This document shows, piece after piece, positions 47,720 through 62,139 of a DNA stretch of 64,000 nt. Below the pieces are notes generated by a model. It had not been told where the DNA came from. It searched no databases and saw nothing but the letters and a program-made list of their open reading frames with translations. Origin of the DNA: Auanema rhodensis (taxonomy: Eukaryota > Animalia > Nematoda); NCBI GenBank assembly GCA_964057225.1, contig OZ059894.1:13826001-13890000 (forward strand). Direction: 5' to 3'. The stretch's first letter is position 1. Every line of letters begins with the position of its first letter. A program made the translations under genes and the position numbers.

Positions 47720-50700
47720 CTAAAGAGGGGGAGGGGGGCTGACGTGGATCGAAAGAATCCCGTAGAAACAAATTTATGAAAGGCCGTTTGCAGGAAAATA
47801 TAATTTAATTGAAGAATACATGAAATCTTGAAGAAAAAGAAGATAAGAGTTAAAAGAAAAAAGATTGTGATAAAGAATTAACAGCAAAGAAATGGAACAC
47901 AGAAACGTGCTGGTGGATGATATTATTTTTGGATATTACATACTATGAATTACTCATATTCAGAAGAAGCAAATGAAGATGAAACAAGGTGACGAAAAAC
48001 AAGGAATAACATGAATTGCAAGCTGTTGAGCATTGAAACAATGACCAAATACTAAGAGAGCACACGGTCAAACCTTTCTTTAACAGCCATGTGTTGTCAG
48101 ATACAAGTCATTTAGATAAGAAATTCTGCTAGAAAAAGCTTGTACGATGCAAAAATATGCTATACACTGTTGTGACCTTCAAAGACTACATGTTAGAGCA
48201 TTCCAACGACAGGCAGACGGACGACGTTGACATGGATGGATGATGATAAGGTGGATTTGAAGCAGTAGGCACGCACATAGGGACGACATCAAGGTGGCGT
48301 TGGGAGTAGTTTAATACATCATATCTATGATGATATATGAATATAGCTTACTGCAAAATATTGAATTTTAGTACTAAGAAATAAGGTGAAAAGTGGTTTT
48401 GGTTACAAGAGATTCAGCAAAAATTCATAGCGGAACAACAAATTTAAACAACTAGGAGAGGGCGACGGGTGGTGAATCGATTGTAGTGCCCCCAACGAGT
48501 CTCAGCAAAAAAGACCGCTGTATGTGTATGTGTGTGCATGTACGTTATGTATTTTTTGGTTGATTTTCGAGAAAAAATTCAAACTGTTTGGCATATTGTC
48601 AAATTTTTGTAAAAAAAAGTTGCCTGAAACTGTTCTTTGGAAGATCGAAAGATCAATCTGGAAAAATTGAAAAAAACATGTAAACATAGAAAGAAGAAGG
48701 GAGGTGTTGGGTAAGGAACAACTTGAAAATAGAGTGTGAAATAGAAAATAAGCTTAATGAAGTAAAAATATAAAAATGGTTTTGGGTTGGAAGAAATGAA
48801 AACAAGAATTGGGCAATTGGCAGTAGAATACGTTGAGGGGGGTTCGGAATCTCTCAACCTCAAGTTATTATAGAAAGATTGACCATCATCTGCGTTAGCA
48901 ACTGAGGTATTTAGGAAGCAAAAGTCAATGAACACGAGCTTACGCTGGTTAATGGGTGCAATTGATTGCTTTAACTCTCGACAAATCCTAATATGGCCTA
49001 TATATGATTGTTCAAATAGGTTAAATAGGTGATTGAGTGCTGGTCAGAGAATGAGCCACAGTGTGACCACGATAAAGACCGCCACGATGACACTTACTAG
49101 AGCAAGATGCACTGGGCCTGTTGGCCGAGCCACTTTTCTATCTGTGTTACTCCTCTGTCATCACACATCTCAGCTCGTTTCTATCTCTCTCCCAGCCTAA
49201 ACCTTCGGCTTCTCCTCCCATCTTCACCGTCCTACTCATCTTCATCTCTATCTTTCTTCTACTCACGTCCTTCCTCTTTTTATTCTTCCTGTTTAGTCTT
49301 GTCATAGGATTTTTTTCTCTCTTTCTTCTATTCAATTCTCATTCTCCCTTCTACTATCTCTCTCTCTCTCTCTACCTGCATCTCTCTCTTTAATGTGTAT
49401 GCCCACTAGAATATCCAATACTATCTCTTCTTTTTTCTTTTTTTGTTCACTCCAATATTCACTATAAATCTTCCTTTACATTTTAATGCTAATAAATAGG
49501 ATCAAATATGGAAAGATAGGCTTATCCAGCGAATTACCGACAATCTGCTCAAATTGTCAAGTTTTTTGATAACTAACATGTTCCATCCTAGACTTTTAAA
49601 TATCATAACTAAAAATAACAAATAAGATGGTTAATCTGAATATTACTAATTAGGTTAGCTGATAGACTGACTTTGTTCTGCACTTCACATGCTGAGATGG
49701 AGATGTAGCCGTCGTGAGCGTCGTCGTGCAAAGTTAGCAGATGTCAGCCGGCGCTCTCGCTCTTTTCGTCTCCTATTCTACCTTATAAAATTAATTTCTC
49801 TCTCTTTTACTCTTGCTTTCGTTCTATCACTATATCTCTTCATCCTTCATTCTCTCTGAATTTTTTTTCTTTTTTTTCTTCATTTTCAATGTGTCTCTGT
49901 GTGTATCTAGGAACCAAGACATAGCTAGAACGGGAGAAAGAGAAGCATAGTAGCTGAAGAGAGATGCAAAAAACGCTAGAGAAAACGACAACGAAAGAGA
50001 GAGAAAGATGATGATGGTGTTGTCGGGCTGCTGCTGCTAGCTACTGCGCGTTAGCCATGTGTCAACCTCCCCCTCCCCGTTTTTTCCGCGCAGCGGCATC
50101 AACAAACTCCAGAGAACGATCACACACGATGTGTGTGCCCATGCCGCTTCAAAGTGTGTGTGGCCTGTACATGTCCACACACCTGGACCACAAAATTTGA
50201 AAACAAAAGAAAACGAAATTTCTTAGAACGTTTTTTCAATAAAAACGAACTAAAACACTCATTTTGATCGAGATGTCAATTTGGAGATGTTCAAATTGGG
50301 AGATGGGATAAGGGGTGTACCAGTCCTGAGTGAAAGCTGCAACTATTTGAGTAAAAAACGACAAAAACAAAACAAACGCGACTAAACGACTACTAAAAGC
50401 TTATTGAGTGAGTTCATCCCTTGAATTTATTTAAGAAATGAGAAAATGCTCAATAAAATGATAAAATTAATTGAGTAAATACTAATGTACATTGATATTC
50501 TTGAAAAACATTTATCAAAAAAAAGTTTGTGCTAGGAAGAGCTAAGGTTTAGAGAGCACATATGTATATAATCAGTTGCTCTTAGGATTCTACATCATCA
50601 TTTCTTAAGATGCAAAATCAATACAAGGAATATGATATGAGCTTTAAACTCATAATGTTCAAGAGTTTCAACGTAGTTTGCATCCGAATTACTTGTTGTT

Positions 50701-51998
50701 TCTCTACAATACCTCTTCTCAATGATTTCAGGTTTTCTTCTTTTTCCGTTTTTTCATTCTTTTCGCCGTTTTCATATTCTTCATCCTCATCATCTTCTTA
50801 TACCTTCACCTTCTTCTTCTTCAACTTCGTTTTCTTCATTTCTTTGGTCTGAACAATCAAGTCAAATAGAACACTTGGCAATAGATCGAGAAAGGACAGA
50901 AGAAGGATAAACTAACTGAACAATAAGCAAAGAAAAAAGTATTAAAAATTGAAGAAGAAACAGAATTTTAAACATATTAATAATAAGAAAATAAAGTTAT
51001 AACTATTCATATAGTTTATAATTAAAGAATCATTTGATATATAATCTTTCATCAAGATCATGTAGTTTGAACTTTATCTTCAAAATTTGAAAATGAAATT
51101 TGATTTCATTTGAAAATAATATATAATACATCTTCTGAACCATATATTTCTGATTAATACAATGAATGAATGGTTTCCAATTCTCTGATCTTTAAAATTA
51201 CGAATTTCAGTTTCACTTTTTTTTCTGACAAACAACTTGTGAAAAACTGAAACAACTAACTGATATAAACGATTTCTGACAAGATTGGAAACTGAACTTC
51301 GGTCCTTAACATTGAAACTATAAATTGGAAATCATATGGAAAAAAAACTAAAGTATATTAGAGAAATATGTATTTATACACATACATATTTCCATTAAGC
51401 ATCTAAAAAGAGTACATTCTGGTTTCTGGTAAACTGTGTGAAGCATCCGTAAAACGGTCGGATCCGCAAAATAAGTGAAATGCACAACCTTGATACATAT
51501 TAAATATTTAATAATAATTTTTAAATAAATAAACTTTAATGACTTAATGTATATATATAATATTTATATATTAATATATATAATAATAATAATAAATATG
51601 AAAACTGTTTTACAAAATATACTATAAATAACATGTTATATATAATATATTACAATATTTAAATTTCATTCTAACTTTGAACTGAAATTGTAATTTCACT
51701 TTAATTATTAATTTTTCTTCTTTATCGCTTTATCTCTTTATTATTTTTATGTTATTAATATAACAGAAACTAGAAAAATAAAAACATTCAGTACAGCTAT
51801 CACCAAGTAATGGCTTTTGGTTCCTATCTTCTTGAAAATTGTTGAACCGTAGTAGCGACATGACGATAGGACTTTTATAAATAAAATGTTTTTGTTTATA
51901 CAACATATCAGATTCAAGTTAGAAATAAAGTTTTAATTAAGAAAACTTTAAATTAAATTTGGATTAAATGAAACATTCTTCTTCGTATTATTATTAAA

Positions 51999-54294
51999 TT
52001 ATTGAATTCCAACTTTTTGCATTGTTTGTTGAATGACAACATCAATAACGCTGTTAATAACTATCTGAAATTAAAATTTATATCAGTTATTCATATAATT
52101 TAATATATTATTATTATATTTATAAAGAAAAAAAAAATATTTTTTAATTTAAAATCAAAATATTTGCATATTATTTGTATTTTAGACATGTTTATAAAAC
52201 TTCCGCTATTATGAGATTCTGCTAAAACTGCATGTTTGCAATTTTAATACAATAAGATGATTACAATTATATATAAATATATATAATAGTAAATAACAAA
52301 TAATATTTGAACTCAATTATATTTTTAAAAAATGAAAAAGATTTACCTGTATTTGTTGAGTATCTGTAGCACATGTTTCATGAATATAAATATTTCGTTT
52401 GGAATTTTTATTAGCTTGTTTGAACTTTTTAGTTATATAATCCAATGATGGTCTATATTCTTGTTTACCTTAAAAATTATTATTATTATTATTAAATAAT
52501 TTATATATTTATTACCTTTGTAATTTTTTAAAGCAACTGTTATAGGTATATGCTGAATTTTTTCAGCAAACAAATCAATTTTATTCAGAAATAGAATCAT
52601 AGCTGTACTGCAGAACCATTCATTATTGCAAATTTGATCAAATAAATCAATGGAATCTAACATTCTGTTCTAAAAAAAAGGATAAAATAGTTAAAGAACT
52701 ACATATATATAGTTAAATATAAATCTTACAATTGTATTATCTTCTGCTAATGTTTGATTATATTCTGATAAAGATGTTATAAATAAAACAGCATGCACAT
52801 CATCAAATATATGAATCCATTTTCTACGTTGAGCTTTTTGTCCTCCAACATCAAATACTCTACAAGAATTAAAATGTATTTTTCATATAAGTTACATAAA
52901 CTTTACCGAAATGTAAAATTTTTAATTAAAAATGAAAATTGTACAACTCCTGATGTTGGTACTCGACTTTTCAGTATATCATCTTGTGTTGGAATATAAT
53001 CTTTTTGTCGTATTCGATCTAGATTTTGTATAAAACTATAAGAAAAAAATATATATTATTTAAAAATTATATATATTATTAATAAATTAAATTGTATTAC
53101 TAACTATTTGGTCGTATCATCTGCAATCTCAGTATTGGTTGATAAATGATGTTGTATAGCTGGATCTTTCACTATTCTAAATTTAAATTTAAAGTAAATT
53201 TACTTAACTATATAATTTATAAAATGAATATTCTTAAATTGAAATTGTTAAAAGATCACCTTCCAATAGCATCAAACATATCATTAGTTATATCAATGTC
53301 TGTTTTTTTTTCATCACAAAATTTTCGAATAACTAGGGAATAGTTCTGAAAAAAACAAGAATATACGTAATTTATGTACTATATATTACTATATATTAAT
53401 AATAATAATAATAAATTTAAAACAATACTTGTGAGTTTGGGATTTGATAGCTAATACCATGACTTTCTATATAATTTATCAAATCAGATACTCCACTAAT
53501 CAAGTTCGCATGAATAATTTCTTTTTTAGCTTTACGTTCATCTTCTGAGAATCCTTGATCATGAATAATTCTAAATAACAAATTATATAAATTAAAATAA
53601 ACTTAAGTTGTAACCTTATCTGTTTTAATGTTGTGCTCTTTCCTGATTCTCCGGGACCTACAAAAATTTGTTTTTAGATCGGTAATGAAAGTAATAATCA
53701 GAACTAGAACTCGAAATTTGAATTTTTGATGATGTGATACTCTGATTTTTGATAATTATATGTTCAATTGTTGCTAAAAGTTATATACATTTTTACAAAT
53801 TCTCATTATTCTGCTGTTTTTGCATTCATGTCATCATCCATTAGATCATTTCATAGAAATATTTTGTATATAATATGTATATAATTATAAATCAATATAT
53901 ACATATAGTCCTTTTTAATTATATTTGTATGTTAAGGTTAGAAATATACATTATAATATGATTTTCACATTAAATGAATAGAATAATAATGAAACTCGCA
54001 AGAAAAAATTTCAAATTATGTGAAAGTAGGATTTAAGATGATTCAATAATATCGACTTTAACTTGAATTTTCTCAGACATAATCACAATAATTAAAAAAA
54101 AAGGAAGAATTATTTAAAAAGATTTTTATTTAATTTAAAAAGAACTTGCCTAATAATAAAAGTTTTAATATTTTTCTCCTTTTTTCCTGTTGAATATCTC
54201 GATCAATCTGACGAGCTTTAACCTGTTGTTCGGCTTCACCCTTCTTATCCGAGACCGATGCTCCGGATCCCATTAAGGAACAAACGCTTCCCAT
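51999..54294 (-). CDS. Heterotrimeric G-protein alpha subunit (divergent nematode GPA-type); first intron GC-AG
   Basis: MGSVCS..., KLLLLG|[51 protein letters not shown]-terminus [11 protein letters not shown]. Confidence 0.93.
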
Positions 54295-55632
54295 CAGTTC
54301 ATTAGATAAAAAAAAAGGTTCAATGTTTTAATTTTTAAAACAAAAGAAAAAGGAAGAAGAAGAATCTGAAATAAAAAGAAAAATAGATTATAAGTTTGGT
54401 AATAACTATTTTGAAAAATGAAACGAAAAGAAAACAAGTATTTTAAGAAATTAAAAATGAAAACTATAGTATACATATAGTATATGTAACTATATATGGA
54501 TAACAAATATTTTAATAAAAGTTATAAAGAATGTTTATTGATAAGAATAAAAGTTTTAATCAATGACTTCTTCACAACTTCCTTTAATTTGTTTTTGAAT
54601 AATAGAGAATATGGGTACTTAGTTGTACACGTGTATAAGGATATAGTATGTAGATATGAAAGTGTGAAAAAGGAACATGAATAAATTTTTGTGCACTTTT
54701 CTACATACATATATAGATAGAAATATACATATGTACATATAACTATATATATATATAGTTTAGTTTAGTTGAATGACCGAAAATGAAGAATGACGTTGAC
54801 ATGAGTTAGTATGATTTGCAAGTTTTTATCTATGAATATTGAAGAAATATAAAATATTGATTGAAAATGAGATAATTTTATGCTATAAATGGTTATATGA
54901 AGGACAATTATTATAAAAATTTTTTTTAAATTCAAAATGTGAAATCAATTTATTTTCAATTATATATATTTACTTGTACATCATCTAAGAGTAATGAACG
55001 AAGTGTGACAGAATGATGAACTTGATAAACGATTTGATTAAAGTTAAAATTTAAAAAATGAAAATGAATAGATAATGTATTGAAAATAAATAAGTTATGA
55101 ATATGATATACTATATATAAGATAGATAAGTTTTGAGAAGAATAATAAGAATAAGAATATATAAAAGTTTTATACATTTATAAACTATTATAATAGATAA
55201 CTGCTCTTCATATGCTTATATGTGAAAATGAGTTCTAACACCATTCAGCTAATATGCAAAATCAATTCAACAACTTCTATATAATCAAGATGTTATGAAA
55301 GTTATAATTATTAATGATGTTAAAATCAAATAATTTATTTGAAACTATTTATATATATTTCAAGTTTATTTTAAAATATAAATTATAATCATTGTTGCTT
55401 TAAGCCCAATGTTTGAACTTTAAACACAAGAATCCAATTTTTTAATAAATATCTTTGTTATAATTATAAGTATTTGAATTAATTTGATTTCTCACTAAAT
55501 AAATAAATAATTTATACTTAATGTATTATTTTGAGAATAATACTGAGTGAAGATACATACATATCTATACAAGGTAAATGGTATTTCTTTGGAAATTAAG
55601 GAGATAATACTTTATTTTCTTTTTTACTCCCA

Positions 55633-55673
<41 letters not shown>
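55633..55673. repeat. (TC)n microsatellite
   Basis: Seen directly. Confidence 0.9.
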
Positions 55674-55676
<3 letters not shown>

Positions 55677-57006
55677 TCTCTTATTCATTTTTAAGAGAGA
55701 TTATTGTATTGTATATAAGTTATCATATACATTTATGTGTACCTTATGCAAAATATAAAAAAATTGTGTTTGTAAAGTATAGTAAAGGTATTAGAATTGA
55801 AGAAAAACTGAAATTTTGTTCTGTCTATATCTATGCCAGAATATCAGTTATCTTTGATAGTATAATTGAATGAAATTATAAGGAAGAATCAATAAAATAT
55901 TCAAAGAATTCTATGAATATCTTTTCAAAACCATTGTAATATACATATTGCAAGAGAAGTTTGAAATATAATATAAAATTAAAGAATTATAGTCTATAAC
56001 AGCTTTCTTCTAATTCTCATTGCCCTGTTTTCATGTTTGTCAAATTTTGCTAGGAATTGACGACAAAGCATGAACTTGACGAAGAAAAAAAAAGAGAAAA
56101 AAAAAAGAAAGTTTCGAACTAATTAAATTATAATGGAAGTACGATGAAAGTGTCTGAAAATACTTCTGTACATATACATGTAAGATAATGTTTTTCATTA
56201 TATGACTTCATATCTTTCATGCAAGACATAATTACTTTATATAGTTATATAGAACCTATAGATATAAGCATGTTAAAGGGTGGAAAATGAAAATCACAAA
56301 GATAGAATAAAGGAAAACAATAGATATTTTCAAATTATTCTGCTTCAATTAGCTTGTAATAACACCTGCAATATATAAAATATGTGCTTTCTATATATCT
56401 ACATAGATATCTACATGAATATGTATAGATAAGATAAATACTATATATGTATATATTAAAACAGACTTTGCTGTTTTTTTAAAAATTTTTTTCTTACATA
56501 TACATATATTGAGTAAATGATATACTTTTGCGGACAGTCATGAACTATAAAAGGTTAGGTTTAAGTACATACTAACTATAATTTTATAAATTTGTTTAAA
56601 TAATAATAGAATTTTTTTCAATATCTATCTATATTTTTTATATATTAATATAAAAGTCAAAAAGAAAAAAAAACAGTTGAATACCGTAAAATTGGTAAGC
56701 AAAATATTTAAAAAAATTTTGAATATTCATGATTAAATTCATAAGTGATTAATCACAGGTGAAAAATAATTTATTAAATATTTACTTTTCACCTATAGTA
56801 ATGCTTAGAAGTTAAGATATTTAAAGAGAGATTCTATGATATGTGTGATATAATGAGAATAATTTAAGAAAAAAAGAGAGAGAGAGAGCATTGAGAACAG
56901 AGTTGTTGGTAGAAAAGTCAGTATATGCTATATCTATATCGTATATGTTTCATACTAGACGTCTAGTATAGTATAATATATTTGAGATATATGGATATAC
57001 TACATA

Positions 57007-57558
57007 CAGTCCTGTGCGATGAAGGTTGCACACCCCTATGTTAGAGGCTCCAGAAAACCAATTCAAACTACAAAAAAAAATAATTTATAAGAAAAAATAG
57101 TGTTTTTTCGGTTTTTTTTAAATAATCCATCTTAATATAACAAAATTTGAAATTAGAAACAAGTTAATTCCTTAGAAATATTTAAAATGATTCTAAATGC
57201 ACAGCTCAATTAAAACAAAGTTTTTTTTCTGAAGCGTAGCTTCAAACAAGTGAGCTTAAACATCTGAATTTTACTGAATATCTATGAAAAGGTTGACGTA
57301 CAAACAAATATTCTCATTCAAATAATTTTTATTAGATGTTTAGTGTACTCCTCCAAAAATTATAACTGAAGTCTTGATGAAACTCATGAAATTCAAGCAT
57401 ACTCCAGACAATAGTTTTAAACATGATTTTTGATTATTTCAAATTTTTTTCTAATTAGTTATTGTTTTTTAACACTAAAAATATATTTTTTCTGAACTTA
57501 TGTAGTTTGTAACATATAAGGATTTCTAGTGATCGTTTGACTTTCATCTCACAGACTG
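57007..57558. mobile_element. Non-autonomous Tc1/mariner-type MITE (~550 bp)
   Basis: Left end TA|CAGTCCTGTGCGATGAAGGT and right end ACTTTCATCTCACAGACTG|TA are imperfect TIRs starting CAGT and flanked by TA. No ORF. A related copy lies at 61801. Confidence 0.75.
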
Positions 57559-58993
57559 TATGAACAAAACGTTTTTTCAGCGATCATTACTATCATGAAA
57601 AAAAAAACTTAAAAATAATTTTTTTTTCTTTCAACTTAATTTTCTGAATATTTTTGTTAATGATTGAAATTTATTCAGGCTTTCCCTAAATAATGCTTCC
57701 TATCATGCTTCCGCTTCCTATCAGAAGGTAGCGTCGAATCAAGACGTTCAAACTGTGGTAGGAGTTTAGCTTCTAAGCGTGCTCTAAGATTTTCTATTAT
57801 TGTAGGCACACTCAGGTTTTGTCACAAAAGATGTAAAAATCATATTTTCTTTTTTTCTCACATCCATGTTGTTATTTTATTTTCCTCCTAATAATAAAAT
57901 GTTTGTTAGTTAAAAAGCTTCTAAATAATACAAAAAGATTTGGAACAAAACGTCATTTGAAAAAAAAATTAAAATGAAGAGGCTACAACATTTTGCATCG
58001 CAGTGTATATAATAATACAAAATATAAAAATTATTAAAATACTATATCAAATTTAACTGAATTATATTAATAATATGAATAAAAATTAATTTCGTGAGCT
58101 GCGAAAGTTAATAGATTTCTAATTGGTTTGATATTCACTTATAAATATATTAATATACATATGTATATGTATATATATATATATTAATATTGTTTTAAAA
58201 AAAATAATTTTTTATATGTATGTATCTTACTATAATATTTTTAAAAATTTAAAAATTAAAATGTTTAAACATTAATAAATGTGATGAATTTGATATAAAC
58301 GTTCAAAGGCTGATTATAAAACAAATTAGAAATGATTATATAATAGTTAATAAGTTAATATGTTCATCGATAAATATTTAAAATTATAATATAATCAGAT
58401 TTGTTAAGAAAAATTGTTTTTAGAGAAATTATAGAAGCATTGGATTCGAAACATATATTTAAACAAAAATTTTGAATAAAAAAATTTTTTAATTTCGTTT
58501 TCATGTGCTAAATAGATAACAGAAAATAAGCTTATTAAGCCTGAACAATATCAGAATTGGTGTTTCCCGTAGATCTTTCATCTTCTCAGTTGAGTAAATT
58601 GGTAAAAGATATATTAATAATATTTTAATAGAAAAATAGATTTAAATATAGTAAAGAAAAATAAAAAAACTTAGATATAAATTTACATTTTTTTCTTTTT
58701 TTCAAAAAAAGCGAGAAGCTCGTTCATACAAATTCTCAATTATTAATTCAAAAACTACAAATTATCTATTTCATATTTATTTTCGAAATAAAAAAAAAAA
58801 CTGTAAAAACATGAATATTGTTCGTACAAATGTACTCAAAAAGTAGAAAATTCTTTTATACTATTGATATTATAAATATATTATTATATATTAAGCAATA
58901 CAACAACAATACGAATTAGATAATTGATTTAATTGATGTTTTCATATAATATTTTTAGAATATTTGTTCTTATTTCTATAATGGATTTCATAT

Positions 58994-59783
58994 TCAATAC
59001 ACATGATCTTTGGGAGCATTGTTTGATGTTTGTGGCAAATTGTCTACATGTTCTTGATTTAGCTTCGTCGTTTCGTTCACCACATCATTATCATCAACGT
59101 TAGGCTGTTCAAGTTGAATTTTTACTTCACTTGTGTATATTTTCATAATATGAGGTTCAGACAAAGCCTAAATGAAATAATTAAGAATTTCATTTAATGA
59201 AACTTCTTACTCGACTTTCATAGATTACCCAGTCTGAGTGTTGTAGTGATTTTGATTGAATTTTTAAATCAACATCCTATATGATGTTTTATAATTTGAA
59301 TATGGTATATCAAAATTGTATATTTTTACCTTTTTCAAACATTTTCTAACAAAACTGCTTGTATGAAATAATCCTTTCTATAAAACAATTATAAGAATAA
59401 ATCAGTTAATTCTGTATAGATGGAAGAAAAAAAAAAAAAATTCAACCTGTTTTTGATCATTCGGAAATTCATTGTTTACTTGCCGCTTATTATTTAATAG
59501 CTCTTTGCTCTCTTCCTGAAATTTCAATTATTTTAAACCTGTGAATCTATCTAACCTTCGGCATACGCAAGCTTTGACTTCGTAAAGATCTATTGAAAAA
59601 GCTTCTTTTCTTCTTGAAACAATCATCTTTCGATTCAGATTCAGATTCAAATATTATTTTATGCTTTAAAAAAACGAAATTTAAGGTGATTCATGTTTAA
59701 ATTTTTCAAAAAGTTTTCACCTTTGTTCTATATTCATCAACTCTTAATGAGATGCTACTTTGAAATATTTCAATTGCAGCCAT
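58994..59783 (-). CDS. Hypothetical protein, six exons, ~175 aa, no recognisable domain
   Basis: MAAIEIFQ...RTK|HKII...RMPK|EESK...QKQ|KGLF...LKK|DVDL...ESR|ALSE...DHVY*. Five short GT-AG introns, all phase 0, give an uninterrupted frame. Confidence 0.65.
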
Positions 59784-61800
59784 TTCATATAGAAAAAAAA
59801 GCTAAAAATAAATTAAAATGTTAGAAAACTATAAAAAGAATAAAGATTTTTAGTGAAATAAATATTTCTTTTATGTTAAATACGTGTTCTTCATGTATAC
59901 ATAATGTCATAAACGAATAAGACGACACGTCATCTATGAAAAAGCCATCAATTTTGAATCAAAAATGAAACATATATGAATATAAACAAAATTATAAAAA
60001 TGGATAATATATAAATATATTTTTATTATGTGAATGTTCATATATATATTTCTAAATATATACATATATATTTATCTATATCATATAAGGGAATAAGTAA
60101 ATAGTCAAATCAAAAATTCATTCAAATCATCAGTTGTTATTTGAAATTTGAAAATTAATAAAAAAAAAAGTAAAAATTTAAATAAGAATTAGAGTAAAGT
60201 TATTTCTTTCAAAATATTTTGTCAATTATTATCAAACAATTGGTTATCTTATCCATTATAAAGCTTAATTTCTATTTCTACTTTTACTATATGAAGAAGA
60301 TGTCTAAGATATGATAAATCTGATCAAAGACAAGATTTCCCAAATATTGTTCGTCTTAAGTCTAAATGAAATTTATTGTTTTATGAATTTTTTAGAGACA
60401 AACTTGAATATATTATACATAGATAACAATTTGAATTTTTTCTTTAAATCTCTTGTATTAAATTAAAAATAAATTTTTATAATATAATCAGACTATTTTT
60501 GAAATTAAATATAAGAAATCATGTTTGGTGCATGCATGAACGCATGTTAGACATAGGTTTTAAAGCATTTGAAGCGGATTAAAAGGTAATCGAAGAAACT
60601 AATGTCTTCAGAATATAGAATATAACCAGTCAACATATGGCTTTGTTGCTTTAATTGTAGGATCGAACAATAGGAATACAAGAGACAAGAATTCAGTCAT
60701 GTACGGGAATGACAAACCCAAAACCATGTGGCTCCTGAAGTTTCAATAATAAGCACAACTTTAATCTTTATATTGTTAAGGAAGTTTTGCTAAAGCAAAA
60801 TTAAAATTAAGTTAAATGATCAAAATAAAAAGAAAAATAAACTTTTTTTTGCAAATTGTTTTTTTGCTAAATAATAATTTTCTCAATTATAATTCAATTA
60901 TAATTCATTGAAATGGTAGACAGATTGATGTGAAATTTCTTAATTTACTAAAACAATTAGAAATAATAATTGAATTGGTTATAAACATTCAGTTTATAAT
61001 TTGAAAATTGTTCAAAAAATGTAAAAAAATGTATATAAAGACCAATATTTTAATAAAGATATGTCATTTTATATTAATTATTACATATTTTGATCTTATA
61101 ACAAATCCATTTAATTAATTAATATTAATAAGTAATTAATACTTAATTATATCTTATAGAATTATTTTTAAATTTTCAATGTTTAATCAACTTATTATAT
61201 AATATTTTATTATTTATCAACATGCTTTGAATATTATGCATCATCACATCTTTTTAATTATATGTATAGTTAAATATAATAAAATAAATTTATTCATTGT
61301 TGTTATTAAATTGAAAATATTATTAAAATAGTTATTTGACCAGCAAATTAAAAAAAAAAACTTAATTTTTGTGTAAATCATGTATATCTATCTAGTACTA
61401 TCTTGTAGTATTTTGGTAAATTACCTTAAATTATCGTATTTAATGTACTATTATACCAACTTGAATACTAAAATATACAATTTTTCTTTATTTATTTGCA
61501 GATAAATGTACAAATAAAGACATTTTCTCAATTTCTCGATTGAAACTCAATAGTCAAATGTTTTTTCATTTGTACAATGGGCAAGGGTTTTTACCAACTT
61601 TTATAAAATATGCATACATGTGCTTCATATCTTACATATCTAGAAATATTATTAATATTTGAAAATTTAGTTGAAAGATAAATATATTTAAAGAATAATA
61701 TTAGTTTAATTAAATTAACATTTTTATTTTTGTATACAAATACAAATACACAGGTAATATTGAAATTGAAAATAAATATGCATACATATATACAAATATG

Positions 61801-62139
61801 CAGTCCTGTGCAATGAAGGTTGCACACTCACTAGAATCCCTCATATCTTTGAACACAAACTACAAAAAATCAGAAAAAATACATTTTGAGTGTTAGAAAA
61901 CGATAATGAATTCAGAAAAAATCTTAAAAATTTTACAAATCATGTTTAAAAGTATTTTCTGAAATCTCCGAAATTTTCATAAACGCTTGAAGTCTTCTTT
62001 CATGAATTTCATGAGTTTCATCAAGACTTCAGAAATAATCTTTTGATAGAATGTTAGGAGTACACTAAATGTCTATATTTCATTTGAATTGGAGAATTTG
62101 GTTGTACGTTAACCAAGTTTTCATCATAGATATTCAGTA
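61801..62139. mobile_element. Partial second copy of the same MITE family (inverted relative to the right half of 57007-57558)
   Basis: Begins CAGTCCTGTGCAATGAAGGTTGCACAC. Shares GAATTTCATGAGTTTCATCAAGACTTCAG, GGAGTACACTAAA and CATAGATATTCAGTA with the reverse complement of ~57270-57558. Confidence 0.75.

Noticed and set aside
50711-50850. Acidic Glu-rich coding-like segment on the minus strand
   Set aside because: The acidic runs are in different frames separated by stops. Best explained as GAA low-complexity sequence or a decayed fragment.
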